This document shows positions 20,020 through 31,003 of a DNA stretch of 64,000 nt, in pieces (position 1 is the first letter of the stretch; the number at the start of each line of letters is the position of its first letter). The DNA is taken from contig CALMZR010000216.1 in the NCBI GenBank assembly GCA_937870845.1, positions 4,464 to 68,463 of the forward strand, read 5' to 3'. A program made the translations under genes and the position numbers. This stretch comes from an uncultured Chloroflexota bacterium. GTDB taxonomy: Bacteria > Chloroflexota > Chloroflexia > Thermomicrobiales > UBA6265. Under the pieces are notes generated by a model that saw nothing but the letters and a program-made list of their open reading frames with translations, was not told the DNA's origin and made no database searches.

Positions 20020-23000
20020 GCGGCGCCTATCAACCGGTCAAGAGCGTCCTCGTCCTCGGCTCCGGTCCGATCGTTATCGGCCAGGCGGCCGAATTCGACT
20101 ACGCCGGGACCCAAGCCTGCCGCGCGCTGCGCGAAGAAGGCGTGCGGACCATCCTGATCAATTCCAATCCCGCCACGATCATGACCGACGAAGGCGTCGC
20201 TGACGCTGTCTACATCGAGCCCCTCATCCCCGACGTGGTGCGCCGCGTGATCCAGCGCGAGCGGCCAGATGGCCTCTTGCCAACCCTTGGCGGGCAAACG
20301 GGCCTCAACCTTGCCGTCCAAGTCGCGGACCGTGGAATTCTCGACCGGTACGGCGTGCGCTTGCTCGGAACCCCGCTCTCAGCCATCAAGCAAGCCGAGG
20401 ACCGAGCGCTCTTTCGCGACCTTCTGACCGAGCTTGGTGAGCCAGTCGTCGCCAGCGAGATCGTCACCACGGTTGAGCAGGCAGGCGAGTTTTCGAAGCT
20501 GGTTCCCCTGCCGCTGGTGGTGCGCCCGGCGTACACGCTCGGCGGAACCGGCGGCGGCGTGGCGACGACGATGGCCGAGCTGGAGTCGATCGTCGCCGGC
20601 GGCATCAACGCCAGCCCCATCGGTCAGGTGTTGCTGGAGCGGTCGCTCGCGGGGTGGAAAGAGATCGAGTACGAAGTGATGCGAGACGGACTGGGGACCT
20701 GCATCACCATCTGCAACATGGAGAACTTCGACCCGATGGGGGTCCACACCGGGGACAGCATCGTGGTCGCGCCATCTCAGACTCTCACGGACGATGAGTA
20801 CCAGATGCTGCGCACCTCTGCCCTGCGCATCATCGCCGCCCTCGGCATCGAAGGCGGCTGCAACGTCCAGTTCGCCCTCGATCCGCACTCGATGAACTAT
20901 GCCGTCATCGAGGTCAACCCGCGCGTCAGCCGCTCCTCGGCGCTCGCCTCGAAGGCGACCGGCTACCCCATCGCGCGCATGGCGGCAAAGATCGCCATCG
21001 GCCGCCGCCTGGACGAGCTGGTGAACCCGGTGACGCGAAAGACGACCGCGGCGTTCGAGCCGGCGCTCGACTACGTCGTGGCCAAGATCCCGCGTTGGCC
21101 CTTCGACAAGTTCAACCGCGCCGAGCGGACCATCGGCACCCAGATGAAGGCCACCGGCGAGGTGATGGCCATCGACCGCTCGTTCGAGAGCGCGCTGCAG
21201 AAGGCTGTCCGCTCTCTCGAGACGGACGCCAGAGATCTGCTCTGGGAGGACCCGAGCTGGACCGACGAGGCGATTCTGGAGCTAATCGGGCGACCGAACG
21301 ACATTCGGCTCTGGGCGATCATGGCGGCGCTGCGCCGTTCGATCGACGTCGAGACGATCCACTGCCTCAGCCGCGTAGACCGGTGGTTCCTGTTCAAGCT
21401 GGCCGGGCTCGTGGCGCTGGAGCGTCGCATAGCTCACGGCGCGCTAACTTCCGACCTTGTCTGGGCAGCCAAACGCTCCGGTTTCAGCGACAAGACTATT
21501 GCCCGGCTTGCCGGCCGCTCTCCGCAAGACATCGAGGCTTTACGCGAGGCGGCAGGCATGTTTCCGGTCTACAAAATGGTCGATACCTGTGCTGGGGAAT
21601 TCGCCGCGGCCACGCCGTACTTTTACTCGACCTACGAAGACGAGGACGAAGCGGAGCCGATCGAGGGTTCGCGCGCGGTGGTCATCGGTTCTGGCCCGAT
21701 CCGCATCGGTCAGGGCATCGAGTTCGACTATTCAGCAGTCCAGGCGGCGCAGGCGCTGCACGACGGCGGCGTTGCCTCGATCATGATCAATTCCAACCCG
21801 GAAACGGTTTCGACCGATTTCGATGCCTCGGATCGGCTCTACTTCGAGCCGCTCGATGAGGAGAGCGTGGCCGAGGTGCTCCGCCATGAGTCCGGCGGCG
21901 ACGCGATCGCGGACGACGTGCCGGTGATCGTTCAGTTCGGCGGGCAGACAGCCATCAACCTGGCGGAACCGCTGACCGAGCGCGGCGTTCCGATCCTTGG
22001 CAGCCAACTCGACTCGATCGATCTCGCGGAGGATCGTCATCGTTTCGAGGGTTTCCTGCGTGGACTCGGCATCCCCCAGCCTCCAGGCGCGGCGGTGACC
22101 TCGTTGGCCGATGCGCGAACGGTGGCGGGAAGAATTGGCTATCCGGTCCTCGTTCGCCCCTCATATGTCCTCGGTGGACGCGCCATGGAGGTCGTTTACG
22201 GTCAGGAACAGCTGGCGCGCTATATCCGCAACGCCGCCGATCTCACCCCCGAGCACCCTGTTCTGATCGACAAGTACCTTCTGGGCCGCGAGATCGAGGT
22301 CGACGCTATCAGCGACGGGGAGCACGTGCTCGTCCCTGGCATCATGGAACACATCGAGCGCGCCGGCGTCCATTCGGGCGACTCGTTCGCTGTCTACCCG
22401 GCGCTGAACCTGTTTCCGGCGCAGGTTGACACGATCGTCAACTACACCACCCGCATCGCACTTGGCCTCAAGGCGCGAGGATTGATCAACATTCAATTCG
22501 TCATCCACGCTGGGCGCATCTATGTGCTGGAGGTCAATCCGCGTGCTTCGCGCACCGTCCCGTTTCTGAGCAAGGCGACCGGCGTGCCCATGGTGCAGTT
22601 GGCCACGAATATCATGCTCGGCCGGTCGCTCGCCGAACAGGGATACGCCGGCGGCCTATGGCCACGCCAGCCGTTGGTGGCCGTGAAAGCCCCGGTCTTT
22701 TCCATGGCGAAGCTGCGCGGCGTCGACGTCCATCTCGGCCCCGAGATGAAATCGACTGGCGAAGTGATGGGCATCGACCTCACCTTCGAAGCGGCCTTCT
22801 ACAAGGCGTTGGTCGCGGCCGGGATGGCGCTGCCCCCGCACGGCTCGGTGCTCATTACGCTCGCCGACGAGGACAAGACCGAAGCCATCGAGATGGTGCG
22901 CCAGCTCGTGCGCATGGGCCACAAGCTCTACGCCACCGAAGGCACAGCAGCGCTCATCGAGCGCAACGGGATGCCGGTGCAGATGGTTGCCCGCCGCATC

Positions 23001-23252
23001 GGCCGCGGCCACCCCGACATGCTCGACGTCATCCTCGAGCGCCGGATCGACTGCGTCATCAACACCCCCGGCCCGGCGGACAAGGAGATGCTCGACGGCA
23101 TCGAGATTCGGCGGGCGGCGGTGGAGCGGGGGGTGCCGTGTCTGACCTCGATCGACACTGCGCGCACGGTCGTCGAGGCGATGGCGAGCTCGGACGCGGT
23201 CTACACGGTGCAGCCGTATCCGGAGTACCGTAGAACCGGGACCGGCTATTGA
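20016..23252 (+). CDS. carB: Carbamoyl-phosphate synthase large subunit
   Basis: GTG 20016 overlaps the carA stop (GTGA). ...KSVLVLGSGPIVIGQAAEFDYAGTQACRALREEG... Duplicated ATP-grasp halves and an MGS-like C-terminus. Confidence 0.97.
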   Translation: MSGAYQPVKSVLVLGSGPIVIGQAAEFDYAGTQACRALREEGVRTILINSNPATIMTDEGVADAVYIEPLIPDVVRRVIQRERPDGLLPTLGGQTGLNLAVQVADRGILDRYGVRLLGTPLSAIKQAEDRALFRDLLTELGEPVVASEIVTTVEQAGEFSKLVPLPLVVRPAYTLGGTGGGVATTMAELESIVAGGINASPIGQVLLERSLAGWKEIEYEVMRDGLGTCITICNMENFDPMGVHTGDSIVVAPSQTLTDDEYQMLRTSALRIIAALGIEGGCNVQFALDPHSMNYAVIEVNPRVSRSSALASKATGYPIARMAAKIAIGRRLDELVNPVTRKTTAAFEPALDYVVAKIPRWPFDKFNRAERTIGTQMKATGEVMAIDRSFESALQKAVRSLETDARDLLWEDPSWTDEAILELIGRPNDIRLWAIMAALRRSIDVETIHCLSRVDRWFLFKLAGLVALERRIAHGALTSDLVWAAKRSGFSDKTIARLAGRSPQDIEALREAAGMFPVYKMVDTCAGEFAAATPYFYSTYEDEDEAEPIEGSRAVVIGSGPIRIGQGIEFDYSAVQAAQALHDGGVASIMINSNPETVSTDFDASDRLYFEPLDEESVAEVLRHESGGDAIADDVPVIVQFGGQTAINLAEPLTERGVPILGSQLDSIDLAEDRHRFEGFLRGLGIPQPPGAAVTSLADARTVAGRIGYPVLVRPSYVLGGRAMEVVYGQEQLARYIRNAADLTPEHPVLIDKYLLGREIEVDAISDGEHVLVPGIMEHIERAGVHSGDSFAVYPALNLFPAQVDTIVNYTTRIALGLKARGLINIQFVIHAGRIYVLEVNPRASRTVPFLSKATGVPMVQLATNIMLGRSLAEQGYAGGLWPRQPLVAVKAPVFSMAKLRGVDVHLGPEMKSTGEVMGIDLTFEAAFYKALVAAGMALPPHGSVLITLADEDKTEAIEMVRQLVRMGHKLYATEGTAALIERNGMPVQMVARRIGRGHPDMLDVILERRIDCVINTPGPADKEMLDGIEIRRAAVERGVPCLTSIDTARTVVEAMASSDAVYTVQPYPEYRRTGTGY

Positions 23253-24127
23253 CGCCGGGGCGCCGGCGAAACATGCGCGCCGCGTGGCGCGAAGGCAGGA
23301 TACGAGTGCAGGCGACTGCCGCCCGGGCTCCGGGCCGAGGCAGCTCACGCGAGTTTGAGAGCACGGTGCTGGCGGTCGAGCCGATCATGGGCGACGCCAT
23401 CCTGCTCACCGTGGGAGCTCCGCCATCGCTTGTGGAGCGATTGCTACCAGGACAATTCTTCAATGTCGCCTGTCGCTTCCCCGGTTCGTTCGATCCCTTG
23501 CTGCGCCGTCCATACTCGGTCTACCGGGCGGATCGGGAGAAATCTTCCCTCACGTTCCTGGTGCGCCCGTTTGGGCGAGGCAGCGCCTGGCTGGCCAAGC
23601 GCGCGCCGGGCGAAACCCTGGACATGCTCGGTCCCCTTGGCAACTGGTACGCGATCCCGCCTCGCTCCCAACGGCTGCTGATGCTTGCCGGAGGCGTGGG
23701 AGTCGCCCCGCTGGTGATGCTGTCAGACGACGCGGCCGCGCAGGGGCTGGACATCGTCTTTGTCATGGGCGCCGCAGACGAGCACGGATTGCTGCCGGCG
23801 TCCGAATTGCGGGGTAGCATCGAGTACCTCGTGGCCACCGACGACGGCAGCCGCGGCCACCGAGGATTGGCCACGGAGATCATCTCCGACTACGTAGCCT
23901 GGGCGGATCAGATCTACGCGTGCGGTCCGGAGCCGATGTATCGCACCCTGCGGGCGGTCGCCGATCCGCTGCGCATCCATCGGCGGCCGAAGGTGCAAAT
24001 CTCCGTGGAGCGCGGCATGGCTTGCGGCCTCGGCGCCTGCCTGGGATGCGTTGTCGAAACCCGGCGTGGCATGATCGCCTCATGCGTGCGGGGCCCGGTC
24101 TTTGACCTGGACGAGGTGGTCATATGA
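23249..24127 (+). CDS. pyrK: Dihydroorotate dehydrogenase electron-transfer subunit PyrK
   Basis: ...RRPYSVY... is the FAD-binding RxYS motif and ...LMLAGGVGVAPL... is the NAD-binding motif. The C-terminus has CGLGACLGC...C, a 2Fe-2S cluster. The start is uncertain (TTG 23249 or ATG 23273). Confidence 0.85.
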   Translation: MTPGRRRNMRAAWREGRIRVQATAARAPGRGSSREFESTVLAVEPIMGDAILLTVGAPPSLVERLLPGQFFNVACRFPGSFDPLLRRPYSVYRADREKSSLTFLVRPFGRGSAWLAKRAPGETLDMLGPLGNWYAIPPRSQRLLMLAGGVGVAPLVMLSDDAAAQGLDIVFVMGAADEHGLLPASELRGSIEYLVATDDGSRGHRGLATEIISDYVAWADQIYACGPEPMYRTLRAVADPLRIHRRPKVQISVERGMACGLGACLGCVVETRRGMIASCVRGPVFDLDEVVI

Positions 24128-24164
24128 CCGGAAACGCTCGTAATCGCTCTTCAGGACGGCGTTT

Positions 24165-25160
24165 GTGAGCGCCGTCGCCACGCCCGATGTTTCGGTGGAC
24201 CTGGCGCCGCGAAATCCGCGAGAGTTGCGGCTGCGCAACCCCATCATTGCCGCCTCCGGTTGCTTCGGCTACGGCGAGGAGTACGCTGGCGTCATCGACA
24301 TCCAACGGCTCGGTGCTTTCGTCAGCAAGGGGATCACCCCGGAGCGCCGCAGCGGCAACCCGATGCCGCGCATCGTCGAGAGCCCCGCGGGCATGCTCAA
24401 CGCGATCGGACTGCAAAACCCGGGCATCCATGGCTTCGTCAAGAAATACCCGGCCCTGTGGGAATTGTGGACCGTGCCCGCGATTGTCAACATCTCCGCT
24501 GAGACCGTTGAGGACTACGCCATGATGGCCGCCATCCTCGACGAGCAACCGGGTCTCGCCGGGATCGAAATCAACGTCTCCTGCCCCAACATCGCCCGCG
24601 GCGGCTATTGCTTCGGCTGGGACCCCGAGATGTCCGCCGAGGTGACGCGCGCCGTGCGCGACGTCACGACCTTGCCGCTCATCGTCAAGCTCAGTCCAGG
24701 CGCAGCGGATATCATCTCCGTCGCCCTCGCCGTCGAGGAGGCAGGCGCAGACGCCATCTCGCTCATCAACACCATTGTCGGCATGGCCATCGACGTACGG
24801 GCGCGCAAACCGCTGCTGGCAAACCACACCGGCGGCGTCTCCGGCCCGGCCATCAAACCGATCGCGGTGCGCATGGTCTACCAGACGGCCGCGGCCGTCC
24901 GCGTCCCCGTCATCGGCATGGGCGGCATCATGAGCCTCGGCGACGCCTTGGAGTTCTTCCTCGCGGGCGCGAGCGCCGTCCAGATCGGAACGGCGATTTT
25001 CGTCGATCCCGGCCTGCCAATCCGTCTCATCGACGAGTTGTCGCGGTGGCTCGACAATGAAGGATTTGCGTCGCTCGACCAGATTGTAGGCATCGCCAAC
25101 GAAGGATTCCGTTTGGGCGAACGGCACGTCCTCACGGCCTGGGAGGCTGCCGGCGCATAG
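24165..25160 (+). CDS. pyrD: Dihydroorotate dehydrogenase B catalytic subunit
   Basis: ...LRNPIIAASGCFGYGEEY...GLQNPG...NVSCPN...GGVSGPAIKPIA...GMGGI... Confidence 0.93.
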   Translation: MSAVATPDVSVDLAPRNPRELRLRNPIIAASGCFGYGEEYAGVIDIQRLGAFVSKGITPERRSGNPMPRIVESPAGMLNAIGLQNPGIHGFVKKYPALWELWTVPAIVNISAETVEDYAMMAAILDEQPGLAGIEINVSCPNIARGGYCFGWDPEMSAEVTRAVRDVTTLPLIVKLSPGAADIISVALAVEEAGADAISLINTIVGMAIDVRARKPLLANHTGGVSGPAIKPIAVRMVYQTAAAVRVPVIGMGGIMSLGDALEFFLAGASAVQIGTAIFVDPGLPIRLIDELSRWLDNEGFASLDQIVGIANEGFRLGERHVLTAWEAAGA

Positions 25161-25208
25161 CTGGGTTCGCGCCGACGCCAAGAGAATCGATGTGAAGGAG
25201 TCGAGCCG

Positions 25209-25802
25209 GTGACAGCCGAGGGAGCGCTCCTGGAGACGCTGAGATCGTCGGGCGCGCTCAAAGAGGGGCATTTCTTGCTCTCGTCGGGGCGTCACAGCGA
25301 CCGCTATGTGGAAAAGTTCGATCTCTTGCGACAACCCGCCGCGGCATCGGCGGCATGCAGACTCATCGCCGACGCATTTCGGGATCGCGGCATCGACGTC
25401 GTCGTCGGCCCTACGACGGGCGGAATCATCCTCGCCTTCGAAATTGCCAGGCAACTCGGCGTCTCCGCGGCATATGCCGAACGCGCCGACGACGGCAAAT
25501 CGGTTCGCGAGTTCCGTCGCGGAACGACCTTCGTCCCCGGAGCGAGCGTGCTCGTCGTGGACGACATCCTGACGACCGGCGGATCCCTGCGAGAGACGCT
25601 CCTGGCGCTTGCCAAGCACCCGGTGAAGGTCGTCGCATCCGCGGTCCTGGTCGATCGCAGCAGTGACGATCTCGACCTTGGCACGCCCTTGTTTTCGTTG
25701 GCGAGGATGGAGATTCCGAGCTGGGAGCCGGATGCCTGCCCGTTGTGCGCTGCGGGACTTCCCGTTGCGAAGCCCGGCACGACGCCCGGTCTGCCGACCT
25801 GA
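25209..25802 (+). CDS. pyrE: Orotate phosphoribosyltransferase
   Basis: ...GHFLLSSGRHSDRYVEKFDL... and VLVVDDILTTGGSLRETL, the PRPP-binding motif. Confidence 0.93.
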   Translation: MTAEGALLETLRSSGALKEGHFLLSSGRHSDRYVEKFDLLRQPAAASAACRLIADAFRDRGIDVVVGPTTGGIILAFEIARQLGVSAAYAERADDGKSVREFRRGTTFVPGASVLVVDDILTTGGSLRETLLALAKHPVKVVASAVLVDRSSDDLDLGTPLFSLARMEIPSWEPDACPLCAAGLPVAKPGTTPGLPT

Positions 25803-25824
25803 TCGACCGTAGGCTGGGACGGGG

Positions 25825-28151
<2,327 letters not shown>

Positions 28152-28257
28152 TTACGTCCTGAGTACACTGTAGGGCGGCGGGTGTCCGTACGCCCCGAGT
28201 CTACCATAGCGATCCGGCGTTGGATCGCGATCGTGAGAGCCGGCCCGCGCCCGAGCG

Positions 28258-30324
28258 ATGGACGATCTTCAAGCCGAGAACGATGTGGTGCAACTCGATC
28301 AGGGCGTTGCCGCGAACGGTGAGCCGTTCCATCATCTCGCCCTGCGCGCTGAGGCGTTTATCTCAGAGCAGGGTGGCCGAGCGTCTGAAGATCTCCTCAT
28401 CTCCCATGTCTTCGGCTCAACGGGATCGCCGTCCCTTTGGCGGCCGCTGCTGCGGGACGTCCTTGCCAAGCACGACGGGCTGAAGCTCCGAGGCGACGGC
28501 GCCTGGCTCCTTGCTTCCCAAACCGCCGTCCATGGCCTTCTACCGCTCCGTGAATTCGTCGTTCTCGATGTCGAGACGACGGGCTTGCAGCCGAGCCGGC
28601 AACGCATCATCGAGATCGCAGTTTCGCGATTCAGTGACGGCGAGGCCGTCAGTCATTGGGAGTCGCTGTGCCAGCCGGAGCGCCGGATTCCCGCATACAT
28701 CGTCAAATTGACCGGGATCGACGACGACCTTCTGGAAGGCGCTCCAAAGTTCGAGTCGATCGCCGATACGGTGCAGGAGCTCATTGCCGATGCCGTCGTG
28801 GTTGGCCACAACGTGGAGTTCGACCTCGGATTCCTGAACGCCGAGCTGAAGCGGCTCGATCGGCCGCCGGTCGTCAACGAGCGGGTCGACACGCTGGCGC
28901 TGGCGACCAGGCTGATCCCTGGGCTGCGCAAACCGACGCTGCGAGCCGTCGCCGAGCGGCTGGGGATACCATCAGCGACAAAGAACCATCATCGAGCGGG
29001 ATCAGACGCCCGCGTTACCGGGTCGGTGGCGCTTGGCTTGATCGAGCACGCGCGGGACGCAGGTTTTCACTCGCTCGACGATCTGAAAGCGGTGGCGCGG
29101 CCTGCGACGCGCCGCCCGAAGGAACGGATGCCGCGCGCCAGCTCGGTGGTCGACCGCTCACTGCTGGCGACGATTCCCAAAGCGCCCGGCGTTTACCTGA
29201 TGCGCGACGCCAACGAGCGCGTCGTGTACGTCGGCAAGGCCAAGAATCTACGCGACCGAGTCGCCAGCTATTTTTCCCAACCCCTCGGCTACACCCGCAA
29301 GATGGACGGCTTGATCGAATCGCTCTCGCGCGTCCAGGTCGAGGTGGTCGGCTCCGAGCTCGAGGCGTTGCTCCTCGAATCGCAGCTCATTCGCCGCTAC
29401 CAGCCGCGCTACAACACCGCGCTGCGCTCGCACGAGCAGTACCCGTTCATCCGCATCGACGTCTCGAATCCCTGGCCGCGCGTCACGTTGTCCAAAGCGC
29501 GAAAGGATGATGGCGCCCGCTACTTTGGCCCGTTTCGCAGCGCCGCCACGGCCCGAAAGACCGTTGACTTGATCAATCGGGTCGTGCCACTCCGGACGTG
29601 TCCGCGCTCGTTTCGGGACGCGCGCTCATACGGGTCGCCCTGCCTGCAACTCGATCTCGGCCGCTGTCTCGGCCCTTGCGTGGGGCGTGCCGACCGCGAC
29701 GAGTACATGGCGCTCGTCCACCAGGTGATCGACTACGTCGATGGCCGCGACGAGGCGCTGCACGAGGTCTTATGGACTGGTCTGGAGGACGCGGCGGCCG
29801 CGCTCGACTTCGAGCGGGCATCGCGGCTGCGGCGGGATTTGCAGGCATCGCTGGCGCTGACCGCGGCGCAGCGGCGGATACGGGAGGCATCGGAGGCCAA
29901 CTGGGCGCTGGTCGTCACCCCTGGGACAGAAACCGGGCGCCGCGAAGTGATGGTCGTGCTGCGGGGGAGGATGTGGGCGCAGCTTCGCGTCGCGGAGCCG
30001 TCCCAGCCCGGCGAGTTGGCATCTCGGCTCGCTCGGTGTTGGGAACGATACGCGGCGTTTGGGCTGCGCGAGCCCGACCACGATACCGTCGATGACATGC
30101 ATATTCTTGGTTCCTGGCTGGCTCGGCATGAGGGCCATCCGGCGATTTTGGCGCTCGGAGATCGCGCTTCGGAACCCGACTGGCTCGCTTTGGCGGAGGC
30201 CGCGCTGGGGCTGCGTCGGGATCAGCTTGATTTCGACGCCTGGCGTAAGGCCCGCGATGCGGGAGAAAGCGAGTGGGGAGTCGAAGAGAGCGCGTTGGAT
30301 GGCGTGGTTGTTGCGGAGGCGTAA
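28258..30324 (+). CDS. DEDDh (DnaQ/epsilon-like) 3'-5' exonuclease fused to a GIY-YIG (UvrC/Cho-like) nuclease domain
   Basis: FVVLDVETTGL...GHNVEFDLGFL...HRAGSDA... are the Exo I-III motifs. They are followed by PGVYLMRDANERVVYVGKAKNLRDRVASYF...YQPRYN (GIY-YIG) and a UvrC-type Cys-rich segment. Confidence 0.85.
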   Translation: MDDLQAENDVVQLDQGVAANGEPFHHLALRAEAFISEQGGRASEDLLISHVFGSTGSPSLWRPLLRDVLAKHDGLKLRGDGAWLLASQTAVHGLLPLREFVVLDVETTGLQPSRQRIIEIAVSRFSDGEAVSHWESLCQPERRIPAYIVKLTGIDDDLLEGAPKFESIADTVQELIADAVVVGHNVEFDLGFLNAELKRLDRPPVVNERVDTLALATRLIPGLRKPTLRAVAERLGIPSATKNHHRAGSDARVTGSVALGLIEHARDAGFHSLDDLKAVARPATRRPKERMPRASSVVDRSLLATIPKAPGVYLMRDANERVVYVGKAKNLRDRVASYFSQPLGYTRKMDGLIESLSRVQVEVVGSELEALLLESQLIRRYQPRYNTALRSHEQYPFIRIDVSNPWPRVTLSKARKDDGARYFGPFRSAATARKTVDLINRVVPLRTCPRSFRDARSYGSPCLQLDLGRCLGPCVGRADRDEYMALVHQVIDYVDGRDEALHEVLWTGLEDAAAALDFERASRLRRDLQASLALTAAQRRIREASEANWALVVTPGTETGRREVMVVLRGRMWAQLRVAEPSQPGELASRLARCWERYAAFGLREPDHDTVDDMHILGSWLARHEGHPAILALGDRASEPDWLALAEAALGLRRDQLDFDAWRKARDAGESEWGVEESALDGVVVAEA

Positions 30325-30363
30325 GGGCGGCGAGCTGGGGCCAGAATGAGGATCAGGTGAGCG

Positions 30364-31002
30364 ATGACGACGATGACAGCTGAGGAGAAGGAGGCGGCGC
30401 TGGCGCGCATCGCCGAGGAGATCAAGGTCTGCCTGCGCTGCGAGCTGCACAAGACGCGGACGAAGGCCGTTCCGGGGGAAGGACCGGCCGACGCGCGCAT
30501 CATGTTCATTGGCGAAGCGCCCGGCTGGAACGAAGACCAGCAGGGCCGGCCGTTCGTCGGGGCGGCAGGGAAGTTCCTTGATGAGCTACTGGCCTCCGCT
30601 GGTCTCCACCGGGGCGACGTCTTTATCACCAACATCGTCAAGTCCCGGCCACCTGGGAACCGTGACCCTCTCCCGGACGAGATCGCGGCTTGCGAGCCAT
30701 GGCTGGCGCGCCAGATCGAGATCATCGACCCTGACGTGATCGTGACCTTGGGTCGATTCTCGATGGCGCAGTGGTTTCCAGGGGAGCGCATCTCGAAGAT
30801 CCACGGCCAGCCGAAACGCGTTGGCCACAGGCTCTTCGTGCCGATGTATCACCCGGCGGCCGCCTTGCATCAGCAGGCGCTCAAGACCACGGTTCTGGAC
30901 GACTTCAGCCGCTTGCCGAAGTATTTGGCTGAAGCCGAGGCGCTGAAGCGGAGCGAAGAGGCGGCCGACGAGCCCCCCCCGCAGCAGATGGGAATGTTCT
31001 GA
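30364..31002 (+). CDS. Uracil-DNA glycosylase, family 4
   Basis: ...CLRCELHKTRTKAVPGEGPADARIMFIGEAPGWNEDQQGRPFVGAAGKFLD...TNIVKSRPPGNRDP...HPAA... are family-4 UDG motifs. Confidence 0.88.
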   Translation: MTTMTAEEKEAALARIAEEIKVCLRCELHKTRTKAVPGEGPADARIMFIGEAPGWNEDQQGRPFVGAAGKFLDELLASAGLHRGDVFITNIVKSRPPGNRDPLPDEIAACEPWLARQIEIIDPDVIVTLGRFSMAQWFPGERISKIHGQPKRVGHRLFVPMYHPAAALHQQALKTTVLDDFSRLPKYLAEAEALKRSEEAADEPPPQQMGMF

Positions 31003-31003
31003 C

